From: the human T2T-CHM13v2.0 reference genome, Homo sapiens
Assembly (NCBI RefSeq): GCF_009914755.1
Contig: NC_060928.1
Length of the DNA stretch: 64,000 bases
Direction: 5' to 3' (one strand)
In this document: piece after piece, positions 14,084 through 28,639 of the stretch
Position numbering within the stretch: the stretch's first letter is position 1
How the letters are laid out: every line of letters begins with the position of its first letter
Position numbers and translations under genes: made by a program
The notes under the pieces: generated by a model
Told to the model about the DNA's origin: nothing
What the model saw: the letters and a program-made list of their open reading frames with translations, nothing else
Databases searched by the model: none

Positions 14084-15977
14084 TTGACTGTTTTGAAAAC
14101 ATGCTTTCAGGAATATCTTTGTGTTTGTTAATTCTGCAATATTCACATTGTTTTATTAAGATAGAGTCCTGAACTGAAATTGAATTGATGAAAGTATAAG
14201 AGTACTTTATAGCTTTCGGTAGGCATTGCCAAACTGCTTTCCAAAAAGACTTAATAGTTTACAATATCACTAGTACTTGTTTTTCTACCATGCATCATTA
14301 TTACGAAGTAAACTTGTTTTTTCTTGTTTTGCTTGTTTGCTAAGTGAAGTCTGTATCTCATTTTGATTTGAATTTTCATTTCTTTAATAGAAAAAGATAT
14401 CTGTCTGTACTTTCTGTTGCTATTTAAAATTTGTCTTCAGAATGTATATAAACTTTGAAAATTTTGGCAGATATATCTCCTACTGTATTATTTGCCTTTT
14501 ACTGTTTTTGCATGGTAGTTTAATTTTTTTCTTATCTGTCTTTTCTTTTATGAGTTCTCCCCTTGTTTTCAAATGTACAAAGGCACCTCTGTCTCTTCCA
14601 GGATATTGAAAATATTTGGGTCTAGTTTCTTTTAGTTGTATGCTATTTCATTTTTAAAGCTTTACCTTTTAATCCACTTACATTTACTTGTGTTTGATGT
14701 AAAATATTTACCTGAATTAATTTGCTCCCAAATTTTAAATAATTGTCCCAGTACTGCTTATTATATAATGCTTTCTTCACTCTATCATGGTGATATTTTC
14801 TTTGTCACATAAAGTTTTATGTTCAGCAGGACCCTTATCTTGTTTAGGGCGACATTTTTCTTCTTGCTTAGGTTTTACACTTTTGCATGCTTTCCCCATC
14901 CTGACTTTGATGAATATTAGTTGAATGAATGGCTATAATTTTTAATATGTTTTATCACCTGATAAACTAATTGACATTCAAACCTCCTGTCATCAAGTTT
15001 AGGTATCTGCTTTTTTTACATTTTACTTATTCCTTTTCTCATTTCAATGTAATTGTGTTCAAATCTCTCCTAAATATGTTTGATCTCAGATGTACCATGC
15101 AAGGACTTCTGAAAATCCAGCTTCACTTTTACAATGTAGCACTTTTTCCAAGTGCATATTTTGTGAGGCTTTTAACATTTATCAATTAGCAACTAGACAC
15201 TGACTCAGAAACAAAAACAACAAAAAAAGTGTTCAATGAAATGGCCTGAACAGATGGCCGATCTAAGACAGGAAGTCTTCTTTTTTCTGTTTAGTCCACT
15301 GATCCTTTTTATTCTGCAGTGGAATAAGGATGATTTCAAAGTTACTCTTATGCTGTTCTATGGATTATTCTGGGCTGTTTATGGATGAATACAAGGTAAC
15401 CATTCAGTGGAGCAATGTTGCTGTTGGCTTAAAACGTAAAAGAACAATGCAAGGACAACTGACCTTGGTACCCTAGTATTCTATCTTGAACATATATTTG
15501 ATATTCGCAGCCTCAGTCTGAAGTATACATTTGAAAAGTAAGACAGAAAAGACATGTGAATATAAACTCGGTTATAAATACTCTTTATATCATTAAACAT
15601 AGACTATTTGGAAACATTCCCAGGATATAAGCAGTGATTTATTTGTTTGGGGAGGTAGGCATGGAAATTCCTCCCCTTCTCACTAAACAATCTCATTCGA
15701 ATTCTTCATGTTCGGTAAATTCTAAGCACTGGGGAATACATTTTCCTTCCTATAACTCAATGTGGTTTGCATTAGTCCTTAATAAATATATTATGATATG
15801 CTATATACGTCTGTTTGCAGCTTTAGAAATCATTGTGTAACTTCCTGCCAACCACCTCCAAAATGTACAAATAGGCTATTGCATACAAGGTAACTGTGTA
15901 TCTTTTAAAATTGATTATTATCCTTTTAAAAAAATTAATCATCCTCACTTGTACACCAACCTAGAGAGAGTACTGAC

Positions 15978-16076
15978 CTCTTGTAAGCAGTTTTGAAGGT
16001 TATTCAAAGTGGTAGTGACATTTTCAAGTCGTTTTTCAAATGCATTCATTTTTGAACCAGCGGGACTTTGTAGCTG
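15978..16076 (-). pseudogene. 99-nt coiled-coil exon of EFCAB14-like pseudogene
   Basis: actctctttcag|CAGCTA...CAAGAG|gtcagt; open frame QLQSPAGSKMNAFEKRLENVTTTLNNLQNCLQE. RLENVTTTLNNLQNCL resembles recalled EFCAB14 KLEGMNETVSNLTQRV. Confidence 0.75.
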
Positions 16077-19000
16077 CTGAAAGAGAGTATCACAAAGTCA
16101 TATACACCAGGCAGCAACAATGATATAATTAATTGAGTTGTAGGTAAAATTATGTAAAACAGCTTGACTTTTGAGTTCATCAGTAAGGTGTCCAGTTCAT
16201 TTTTTTTTTTTTTTGGCAAGGTAAAGCTGGCAGTGATATTTTAGTGGTACAATACTGACATCCAATGGAGAGACAAATTAAATCTTATTTCCTTTGAAGA
16301 GCTAAAAAAGAGTTATTATTTATGCTGTTTCTAAGACATCTTTCACATTGAAGAATTCATTCAATTTTAAGACATGTAAATTTGTATCTCTGTATCATCC
16401 CTTCAAAACAGTATTATAATTTTCAACATAGTTGTATAAATATGCCAAAAATTTTCAGTTGTAATCTTTTTGTTGTAGTTGCTTGTTTGGTTGCAGGTTT
16501 CTCCCTGCAAGAAAATATTTGTTTCTTAATTCATCAGGATATAATCACTAAGTAAATAAATATCATTTGCTTATACATAACTATATTTAGGACCTTAAAA
16601 TGAACATAAAAGATATGTTGTTCATAGTAAAGATAACCAGTTATTGCAGATATTTCCCCATAATATTTTAGAGTTTAGCTGAGTCAACGTTTGGTTGATT
16701 TTCTAATATTGCATAATTAGATGTATTTTAACAATTAAAAGAATCTTGAAGAGCTATTAGTGCTGGTATAGTAAATCATAGCCAGTGTAAATGAATGTTT
16801 GTAAAAAGTCATTAATGTCAGTGGAAATTAGAACCTCGGGCCTGTAGTTTTTCTGTCAGCAGAAGACAGTGTGTATTCTGCCGAGGAATATTGACTGCAT
16901 TCTTATTCAAAACCCAAATAAGTTTGATAATTTAGACTAAGCCATATTGAAAAAATTTGAAAAGGGACCGGGATAGACACCTTTGTGTGTGTATGTATGT
17001 GTGTGCACACGTGTGTGTGTTTTCCTACTCAGCACACCTCCTCATTCTTTTGACAATGAAGCACCTCCTTATTGGGGGGTTCTATGTAGTTTGGGTGGGT
17101 TAAATTCTTTCCTCCAGTGACAGGGATTTGCATGTGACCCATGACTGGTTAGTCTGAGTAATTCATCTCCTGCCCACAGTGACAAGTGCAGGGATCAGAA
17201 CACAAACCAAGCAGGAGCTATTTTTTCAGATTCTGCTAGGATTGCTAAAATTATAGGACAGGAGCTTTAGACTCAATGGCTCTGGTTCCCTGGATCCAGC
17301 TGCACCTGATCTGGCTTTATTAGGTGCATGAGTTAATCCATTCATTTGTGTACTTAAGTTAGTTTAAGATAGGCTTATGATTGTTGTTGTTGTTATTATT
17401 ATTATGATTGTTGTTTATAAGGGAAAGAACCTTGAGCAATGCAGTGAACACAATACTGGTGACTGGCATGAAAATTTTGAAATAAATTATAATATAATTC
17501 TCTGCAACAATAGATTTATGCTACCAGAACATATCACTATTTCACACAGTCATTGCACTAAGAGGTTAAATCAAGTGAAACTTCTCTATTAACCATGAAG
17601 GGAAAAAATGGTTTTAATAAAAATAGTTTTATTAAAAAGTTTAAAAATCACTAAAAAATAGAAAGCACTAAACTATTGATAGGGTGGAATAAATCAATAA
17701 TTTTCTTACTAATAAATTCAGTGATCTGGAACAAATCACTTTCTTACATTTTTAATTTCCTTATATGTTTGATGCAGGAGTTAAACTCCATAACATAAAT
17801 CTAGCTCATACTGAATACCTGACTATTATGACGGCAGAAAGACTATATCTTCCAATGTCAGATAGTCTCCAACACAAAGCGAATCAGGAAAAATACAAAA
17901 ACAAAAACAAACAAAAAAGAAATCACTAACAAACATAAAACTGGAAACAAAATGTATGTACGAGGCTTTAATACCCTTAGGAAATCTGTTTACACTTTTG
18001 TTTTCTTTTTACAAAAACACCTACACCAAAGAGTTTACTCATTTGTTCTTAGTTTTGCCTTTTGCTTTTCAAACAATGTTTGGGGTTTTGTGAAGTTTAG
18101 GAATATAAATTTGTCTTTTTTTCCCTAAAATATAAGAAAATCTTGCATACACTGGAATGTGGATAATCAGATTAACTGCAGTTTTTTCATGTATTCAGCA
18201 ACTTAATTAATCAACACATAGTTATTGAATAACAACGGTGTGCTAAACACTTGGCAAGAATATTCTTCTATTATTTTGAAAAACAAAAAATATTGACACT
18301 GACCTATTTGAGACAGAACAGATGAAGGGGTTTGGGTGGTTTTAAGCATAATTTTAATTAGCACATTTTTTTCAAAGTCTTGGGTCTCTCTGTATACAGA
18401 TTTGAATTGAGAAAGACAGGGATGGGGCACAGAAAATACTAACAAGGACAAGTGCTTTCAGGTCATATTTGAGATTTACTGCTACTCTTCGGTGAAGACC
18501 ACTGAAAACTAGGAACTTGAGGTAGATTCCCTTCTTTCACCACTATAGAGAGTCAATAACCTAAACTCATTTTATCTGTTCAATATCCCGGAAACTAGGA
18601 AATTTTTGTTTAGTATTTGCTTTTGACGAACACTTGGCAGCTGAAAAACTTCCAACCAGATTGGTAAACTCTGGAGAAAGATAAAAACTGGAAGCAATCA
18701 TTCAGGGTCTGATTAAATGTAAAAATGTACATGTTTACTATGTAATTTAGTTACAAATAGTTTTGTAGGAAAAAACCCAAACTTAGTGGCTATATCTAGT
18801 TAGGAAGACAGATAAGGATTCGTGTCATCCAAACACGAACTTGGTGAGTAAGCTGTTGAAGCTCAGATACAAATTCACACAGGAGTGATTTAATTTTCTC
18901 AGTATAATATACCAATTGCCAGATTCTTGGCTGCACTCTGATTGTTACTTACATAGTAGCTGAGTAGAAACAATAAGATTGAGCCAAGTAGCATTTCATA

Positions 19001-22000
19001 TGTGCGGCGTGGGGGAGGTGCTGGTGGTGGTGGTGGTGTTCTTTCTTTAATGACTATTTAAGGATGTTTCATAACTGTGTTGCTTTTATCACTATTTCTC
19101 TTATTTGGTATAACTCTGAATGTAAATCGTCCTAGTTTTTTAAAAGGTAGCTCTTTATTTCACACAAGTTATGGATCCATTAAGATTTCAATGTAAAATA
19201 TATGCTATTTTCTTGCTTAGTAAACCTCTGGATATCTCAGGCCAACATTTTGTAGGAACGATAGGCTGTGTGTATGTATTGCTATTCCAGGACTAACCTC
19301 TGTTACATTTTATATCACTTTATCGCCAAACATTTCCATAGTAATCCAAGACTATAGCCTTCACTGATGTTTTTTCAGCCTTTAAATCTGTGGATAAAGA
19401 TTATTAAGGATTATATCTCACTGATTAGTATCAACTGATTTACAATGTATAAAGATTTACATTGTAATACAGAACTACTAAGGAAATCAAAGTCAATTGG
19501 AATAGCCTATTAATGCCTTCCAGAGGAAAGAAAATAGAGATGTGTCCTGGTCAGTCTCTTTCTCTCTTCCCCTCTTTTTGACACACTCTACAAATATTTT
19601 ACATCTTTAAGTGAATATCCCCAGATAGAGATAATTGAAAGATAAGCATTTTCTTGTATGAAAATGAATTAGTTTATTACCAGGACAGAATAGGGGGTCT
19701 TAAGAGAAAGTAGCTCCTACTACCTGTTCCCTGGCAGAAAGAGGAGCTACAATTAAAATATTCCAAAATGAAAATTATCATATCAGGCAAGATTTTTATT
19801 TAACTTTTAGCAGGCAGCAGTTACTACCTGGAGGTTCATCTTGTACTATTCATGGCTTATTGGGCATTTTTATATGATTTAAGTTGCAGTCATGCTTCAT
19901 AGCTTGGAATTGTGAAGGCTTGTTTGCTCACTTGTTGCTATGTAAGAGCACACTTGGAATTGCTGCTTGATAATAACTTTATTCTTATCAATAGGTATTA
20001 CCTGGCTCACCTTAAAGGTGAGCAGCCCTCACCTAGTCAGCTACATATCCTTTTCCGGACTCTTAATTTTTACAAGAGGATGGCAGCCTACTCCCAGCAA
20101 AACTGCCTGTTGAAGCATACAGCACTGCGCTCAACTCCCACAGTAAAAGTGACTATATGAAGGTCCTTCCTAAGAATATACTCTTGACCTTGTTATCTGT
20201 CAATAGCTTCCAAAAACTTGGCTGAGATAAACAGTAGTTATAGAAGACTGCATAAAGATTGTATCATCCATTCTTTCAACTAAATCTATATTTTTCAAAC
20301 ATCTTTTAAAGTAGCAGAACCTTTTTATCAAATGGGACTTTTCACACAGTCCAGTAAATAAAATGGATTTAAAGAAGAGTTTACCCCAGGGACTCCTGTT
20401 GAACCATGTTGTCTTTAGTGGGACCCCCAGCTGTGCAATGAACAATCTGAAAACCATTGCTATAATTGAGGTTGCAAGCCCAAAGGCCTTTAGGGGCCCA
20501 CTCAAGTAAAGGTAGATTAGTCTGTATTTCTATACATATACATATTTCTATACATATACAAATACATGTACATATACATATACACACAAAATATATATCA
20601 AGAGCATGAATAATTCCCAAGGGCATTTATCAAATGTGATTTGTTTGTTTGTAAAACACTGTGCTGGCCACACAAGGCACATGTGCCCTTCTCATTTTAT
20701 CCTTTGGGCCCTAGTTTCCACACCCAGATACTCTAAAGTCTATCTTAATAGCCACATTATCAGAAAATTATGCCCTGAAACTGTATTATATTATATATAA
20801 ATGTAACACATCATTTATTTTGCTTGATTGCATTTGGCATATTGCCATGAGCATGACTGACTCTATAGGAAAGAGCATCATGTGTTTATTATTAGGACAT
20901 TTAGAACAGTGTTTCTCAAAAACTGATAAATGTACCTTTGTATTAGAATCCTCTGGAATGCACATTTCTTGGCCTTATCTCAAACTTACCAAAGCATAAT
21001 TTCTGGTAGTGAAGCCTGGAATTCTATACATAAAATTATTTGATTAATGCAGAGGAAATTTAAATACATATAACTAAGTGAAAGAAGCCAATCTGAAAGG
21101 CTACATAATGTATGATTTCAACTACATGACCTTCTGGAAAAAGTAAAATGGACATTCTGTTCCATTTTATTGTGAGCCTAAAACTGCTCTAAAAAAGTTT
21201 ATTAATGCAAAAAGGTAGATAATTATTATGAACAATGAAGTTTGAATATCACTGGTCCAAAGGATCTTTTCTATTTATTAACCTGTGTCCTCAGAATCAA
21301 TAGAAACTGTTCTCTGAGCTCATCTTGGAAACAGTGTTAATTAGGCTTTTACTAAACATTTTTTCTTAACTTTCAGAATGCTGTGAATTTTGTAACTAGT
21401 AGTGCTTTCTTCTTTGTGTGGTTTGCTCATAAACTTAGAATCAAATTTATGGAGTTTATTTCACAAGTATATACCACTTCAAGGCCTTAAATTATCTTGC
21501 CAAACTCACTATTGGCTCTACTTTATTTTTCTATTACTAAATTTTCTTCATTTATTTTTCTTCAATTATTTTAATTTGCCTTATCTTGACAGAATATATT
21601 TTTGCTTCTGTGTAAGATATTTTAAACACTGTCACATTGGACAATAACTTAATTTTTCTGAGGTAATATTCTCATTTTTAAAAGGGAAATATTACCCAAC
21701 AAATAAGTTTGTTGGATAATTCAACGTGATAGTGCATATAAAATACTTACCAGAGTGCCTGGCACATAATAAGCACTCAATAACTGCTACTTAGTAATTT
21801 TTTTAACAACAGGAATAATATATGCCAATATAAGTGTTAATGTAAATCATCAGTGATATTTCAGACATTGATAGCTTTTTCACTTTATAATTTCATTTTT
21901 ATTTGCTTAATTATTGTGAAATAAATTACATACATCATTACATTTTATCTCTAAGTACTTCTAATGTGCATCTGTACAAAAATAAGAACACATACATCTA

Positions 22001-22627
22001 AAATAATATTATCACATCTGAAAATAATAATTTCTTGATGTCTTCCAATACTCTGTCCACTCCTAAATTTTGCCAGTTATCCCCATAATGTCTTTTCTAA
22101 TGCGTTTGTCCAATGAACAATTTTAAGTAGAAAAACAATTGCTGGGTTTCTCTCTATATAATCTGAACATCATTTGGCCATTTCTAAGTAATCAATTTTA
22201 TGCAGGTTGGCTAGTAGAAGAGGACAAATGTTAGACAAATGGAAAGGGCAAGGAAAAGACCTGGCCAGAGCAGGCTGTTCCATGTGAATAAACAACCAGA
22301 GCATGCTGTTCATGCCAATTGGTATTTTTGCAGTTGGACTATAATGTCATAGGATAGAGAGTCATACTTTTAAAATTCATTTCAGCAAATAATAACACAA
22401 TGGCCAATAATACAAACCTGGGAATTGACAGTATAGAACAGAGAATCCACGACTATCTCCATAGAAAGAAGCTGATCTGATAAATTATGCATACTATTGT
22501 GTAACTGGATAATTTTGCCTTTCGATTCATGAAGTTCCAGTGTACTGGACATATTCAGGTTGTAAACACATTCAAAAAGACAGGATACTTCTTATGTGCT
22601 GAAAATAGAAGAGCACTGAAAGCATAA

Positions 22628-22940
<313 letters not shown>

Positions 22941-23669
22941 TAGATTTTTCTAAGTGAATTTACTAAAATATTCTGTGAAGTGACCATCTAAAAAGGAATT
23001 AAGCACCAGAAAGATCCCCTGATGCACAGGAATAAAATTTTAGTAAAGTAAATATAGCTCAAATTTTAGATTTTAGAAAATGATATGGCAGGGGTTATTT
23101 TTTGTTCTCAAAATGAGCACTAGTTGCTTTGATTTTTGAGCTGTTGACATATATTTCCACTACTTGTGGTTTTCTACTTTGTGAGAAATTCACAGCAATC
23201 AGAGAAAAGATAAACAAGAATAAAACTGAGCATTTTTTTAAGTTTTCTTTAGTCTGAGGTTTTCCAAATGTTTGTGCTAGTCTATCAGTTGGAGTGAATT
23301 CCAAAAAGCATCTGATCTTTGAAGGTAAAACTAAATTCATTAGTGTCTCTTTCCCTTTTTCACTTCCCCATCAAACATATACACAATAACACATACACAG
23401 TCCTTGTATAATATATTTTAGAGGTAATTTGATGACTTTAATAATTATTGGCATGATTTATGCTACCTCATGAAGCAATTGATTTATTTTGAGTTTGGGG
23501 AGCTGGAATCAAGTCACATATTTTATTATATTTATTCCTTCTCAGTGTGCTTCCTTGTCTTGATGGAAAAGTTTTCTCATTCTAAATATTTGGAGTGATC
23601 TTATTCATTATATTTCAACTATGTTAGGTTTTCTTGCTCAGGAAATACAATTAATTCAAGTCATTAATT

Positions 23670-25690
23670 CAAGAAACATAATTGAGCCCCTCCTATGTAT
23701 CAGACTTTTTTTTTTAGGCACTAGGAATAGAGTATTAAACAAGACAGAGAAGCATATATAGCCTCATGGGCCTTGCATTCTAGAAGGGAGAGAAAATAAC
23801 CAAAAAAAAAAAAAAAGTACTACGCTATGTATGTAAAGTGAGGAAAAGACTAAGTGAGTTCTGCTGAGGTGGGGATGGGGAGAAGAGTCACAAACATAAA
23901 TTGGGTAGATGGGAAAGACTCTTATTCTGCCATGTGCTAGGTAGATGCAGCTGAATTCACTAGAGGAGGGGGAAGTTTATAATGTTTTTTACAAAGGCTC
24001 AAATGGGCTAGACTTGGCTTTGGGGAAGCAGTCAAAATCATTGACTTTGACTTTCATGGAGTAGAATGAGAAGCCAGTTGATGGCTGCCAAGCTTAGGAC
24101 AGTTAGTTGGTTACTGCCATGTCCAAGCAAGCTCTGACCATGGAGATTGCAGTAGACATAAAGGAGAATTGGTCACAATCTGAACATATTTTGAAAGTAG
24201 AAACAACAGAATATGGATATTAACAAAAGGGAAGAATTGATATTACCACACAAAGTTTTGGCCAAGAAACCATGAGAGTGGAGTTACTATTGAGATGTGA
24301 TACGTAAAGAGTTCAAAAGAAACATATTTGGGGTGTGTGTGCATGTATGTGTGTGCTTGTATCAGGGAAAGGGAGAGTCAAGAGGAATATTTTGTTTGAA
24401 ATTATTATTAAAAATCCAAATCGTGATGTTGTGTAGACAGTCTTGAATATAAGAGGCTGGAGTTCAGGGGAGAGTTCCTGGGTAGACACGTAAATTTGAA
24501 AATTTTCAGCTTGGTGTCTTAGAGATTGGATGAGATCACTAAGAGAGTGAGCATGAATAGAGAAGAAGTCCCATGAGTTCGATATGAGACACTACACTCT
24601 AGAGATTAGGAATATGAAAACAACAAAGGAGATAGAGAGGGAGCTCTCCCTGAGAAAAGAGGAACACCAGAAAAAGATGGTGACCTGGAATCCAAGTGAA
24701 AAAATTACTTTAAAGAAGAAAGAGGTATCTGAAGAATCAAATGCTATTAATAGGTCAAACAAAATGAGGGTTGATAACTATCTTTGGACTTTGGAATACA
24801 GGGCCTTTGGTGACTTAACAAAACCTATTGTTTTTTAGTGTTTGAGGAAAATAATGGCATGAGTTCAAGAAAGAATGCAGGAGGGATTTGAGATAAGAAA
24901 TAGAGGACGATGATTGTAGACAAGACTTTCAAGAAGTTTAGCTAAGAGAAAGGACATGGGAGGCCTTGGATAAGGCTGAGGGGGCAAGTAAATATTTTTA
25001 ATACAGAAGAAATGATATTATGTTTATATATGAAGTGAAATGGTTGTAGAGAGAGAAAATTAAGACTTGAGATAGACTGGAGAACTTCCTGATTGATATC
25101 CTTGAGTGGGTTAAAGAAGACAAGGCATAGAGTACAAGTGAAAGATGTGGCTTTAGCTAAAAGCACAGTCATACCCTCCATAGCAATAGGAGAAAAAACA
25201 CAGGGCACACATGTGGGAAGGTGGGAGAGTGTGGATGTAACCTTCAGATTGTTTCCTTTTATTTAATGAAACAAGGTCATTGACCTAATGTAATGGGAGA
25301 ATTGGTGTGGGAGTTTTGAGGAGAAATATATATAAAGTAGTTATTCAGAATGTGGATTAGTGAATGAATTAGGGAAATATGGCATTTTAGCTGGAGAGTA
25401 TTGGAGACCCACTTGATGAAAGACACAGCGAATTTAAGGTGATTGTGTTCTGCATAATCACTGTCATTGTCACATTCTGGCATGTAAGTGAAGACTTAGA
25501 GTGGGCTGAGAGATAGTGTTTTCAGTTTTACTGAGTGAGGTATCACAAAGCAACAGAGTGGGGTTATTATAATGTCTGGCCGTAGAATCTAAGCTGATAA
25601 ATTGTGTGAATAAGATGAAGCCCTAAGGAAAGTGAGGGACAGTAAAAATGTGATAATATCAAAGTATTGTTTTTCTGGGGTTAAAGGAGT
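23670..25690. mobile_element. LINE-2 remnants
   Basis: Purine-rich L2-type sequence (e.g. GGAGTTCAGGGGAGAG...TTGGATGAGATCAC...GAATAGAGAAG). Boundaries approximate. Confidence 0.6.
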
Positions 25691-25704
25691 TTTGAGTTAA
25701 GATG

Positions 25705-26180
25705 TCTATTAGTTTCCTATTGCTTGTGTAGCAAGTTACTACAAATGTAATAGTTTATAAAAATACAAATTTATTATTTTACAATCCTGGATGTCAGAAC
25801 TCCAAAATGCATCCCACTGGGCTAAAATCAAGGTGATGATAAAGTTGAGTTTCTTTCTGAAAGCTCCAGGGAAAAAATATATTTTTGTAGTTTTTCCAGT
25901 TTCTAGTGGTTTCCCGCATTCCCTGTTCATGGCCCCCTTTCATCTTCAAAGCCAGCAATGTCTGTTAATATCTTTCTCTGGTTCTTACTCTTCTGCCTTC
26001 TTCATTTAGGTCTCTTGTGATTACACAATGAGCCCATCTGGATATTCCAGGATAATCTTCATATTTTAAGATTTGCTAATTAGTAAACTTAATTCTGTCT
26101 AATATTTAAATTTCCCTTTGTCATGTAACAGCGGGAATTAGGACATTGACATCTTTGGGGGTCATTATTCTGCCAAACAC
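25705..26180. mobile_element. MLT1 (MaLR) solo LTR, MLT1C-like
   Basis: TATTAGTTTCCTATTGCT...CAAATTTATTATTTTACAATCCTGGA...GACATCTTTGGGGGTCATTATTCTGCC. Confidence 0.75.
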
Positions 26181-26457
26181 AAGATATTGAAAGTAGTAAG
26201 CAGGAATTATGGGAGGAGATGAGAGAAAATGTATACATGTATGTATGTATACAGAGAAAATGTATATAGAAAGAAGTTGTTGAATAGGAAGCTTGAAATT
26301 GAAATTGTTATTTTGTAGTGGGTCTAGAGATTGATTATGGGAATGAACAAATTCCAAAGGAAGAAAGTAGTCTAAAGAACTGATAGACCTCAGTTTTGAA
26401 ATTATCATTTTGAAAGGATAATTATAAAGCCCATACCATTACATTAAAAATCAACAT

Positions 26458-27015
26458 TAAGGATCTAGAACCAGAAATACCATTTGACCCCACAATCCTG
26501 TTACTGGGTATATACCCAAAGGATTATAAATCATTCTACTATAAAGACACATGCACACAATATGTTTATTGCAGCACTGTTCACAATAGCAAAGACTTGG
26601 AACCAACCCAGATGCCCATCAATGATAGGCTGGATAAAGAAAATGTGGCACATATACACCATGGAATACTATGCAGCCATAAAAAAGAATGAGTTCATGT
26701 CCTTTGCAGGGACATGGATGAAGCTGGAAACCATCATTCTCAGCAAACTAACACAGGAACAGAAAACCAAACACTGCATGTTCTCACTTATAAGTGGGAG
26801 TTGAACAATGAGAACACATGGACACAGGGAGGGGAACATCACGCATTGGGGCCTGTTGGGGGATGGGAGTCTAGGGGACGGAGAGCATTAGGAAAAATAC
26901 CTGACGTAGATGACAGGTTGATGGGTGCAGCAAACCACCACGGCAAGTTTATACCTATGTAACAAACCTGCATATTCTACACATGTACCCCAGGACCTAA
27001 TGCATAATAAAAGAA
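26458..27015 (+). mobile_element. 5'-truncated L1PA 3' end (ORF2 C-terminus + 3'UTR)
   Basis: ORF 26484-26804 contains the L1 ORF2 C-terminus (MFIAALFTIAKTWNQPRCP...FSLISGS); L1 3'UTR follows; TSD AAATCAACAT. Confidence 0.93.
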
Positions 27016-28639
27016 ATCAACATGAGAGGGTTTTGGGGATCCAAGAGATAAAACACTTAATCAATGAGGAGTCATGACCCACTGTGGCAGATTTTATTAT
27101 TGTTTAGTAAATATTAGGCTTGGCCATGTCACTTTCTTTGGCCAAGGGAATGTAGCGATAAGTGAAAATGTGCCAGTTCTGAACAGAGGCTTTAAAGGCT
27201 ATTACAGGATGTAGCCATTCCTCTTGAGCTCCTACTGACCTCTGTTGTTAGAACTGCATGCTGGGATGGTGGCTGCTCATTCAGCCTGGGATTTGGAATG
27301 TGAAGACATGTGAAGCAGATCTGAAACTAATCTATAACCTGGTTCTAAGCCCAAGTGAGTTTAGCTCATTTCCATCCAGCTAAAGCTAATCCACAGACCA
27401 GTAGGTGGAACACAAATGATTGTTTTTGTAAACTGTTAAGTTTTGAGATTGTTTGTCATGCAGCATTATGCAGCAAAAGCTGATTAATACATCAGGTAAC
27501 AGCAGATGACAGTAATAAGCAGGGCTAGTAGTGAACTACTCTGAAGATATGGAATTTAAAGCTTTTTGTTTTTTCTTTCAGGGAAGAGGGAGGGAAATGA
27601 TCTGGGATCCACTGTGAGAAACAAGGACACTTACTTTATTTACTGGTCCAAGAACTGTGAGCGGAAAATCAGAATTTACTTTAGGAGTTTCAAGGAAAAT
27701 GAGGTTCACAGAAGGCATCTGCATTTTTATTAAAGCAAGAAGGTGAAGGGACAATTTGGAGACATTGAAGATATTAGAGAATTTGCTAATGATCTTCCTT
27801 AAATTTCATAGCACAGTAGTAAAATTTCCACTTTGACTTCTTTCTTATTTTAAGATCCTTTTTTTTCAGCTCCATAAACATGCTTCTGCTCTTCATTGTC
27901 CTTTTTCCTAAGCAAGAGACTAGAGACATTCTTAATTCTTCCCTCCCCATTGCCTCTCACATTCAATAGATGCCCAGGCTTTGTCTATTATGCTTTCAAG
28001 TTATGTCCCAAATGGGTTGCTGTTTTTTTCTGTCCTCACACTTCTGGCCTGGTACGTACTCTCTTCTTTACTTGCATGAGATGCTGAAACAATTTTCTAA
28101 AAGGCTTTTATGTTTCTAGTATCACCTCCAATTAATCTGCTTATCTATTGAAAAAAACATGGATTCTGGAGTCAGATATTTCTCAGTTGGCATATCAGCT
28201 TTGAGACTTATTGTAGACAAAAGATAAAGCTTTATGAACTTTCCTCACTTGTAGAAATTGGACACAATAAAATTATCTAATTTATAAGGCTGCTGCTGGA
28301 GTTAAATGAAATCAAACCTAGGTAATTTTTGGCACTAAATAATGTCCAATTAATGTTAGCTTCCTTCTTTCTTTTACATTTCTAGAGCTGTAGTTTAATA
28401 GTGAAAATTTGATTGTGTCACTCTATTGTTAACAAAAGAGATCTCAAAAAAATTCTCAGTTACTATAGAATGGAAAGCAAATTCTCTACCATGGCATAAA
28501 AGACCTTCAATGGCTTGACTTATTTTTTTTTTAATCACCTTCCACTCTTAGGCACAGCTGATGGGTCTGAATTATAGTAGTAACTCCATTGGTGCAAAAC
28601 CCACAAGGCTCAACTTCTAAGTAGTACAGCATCCTGGAA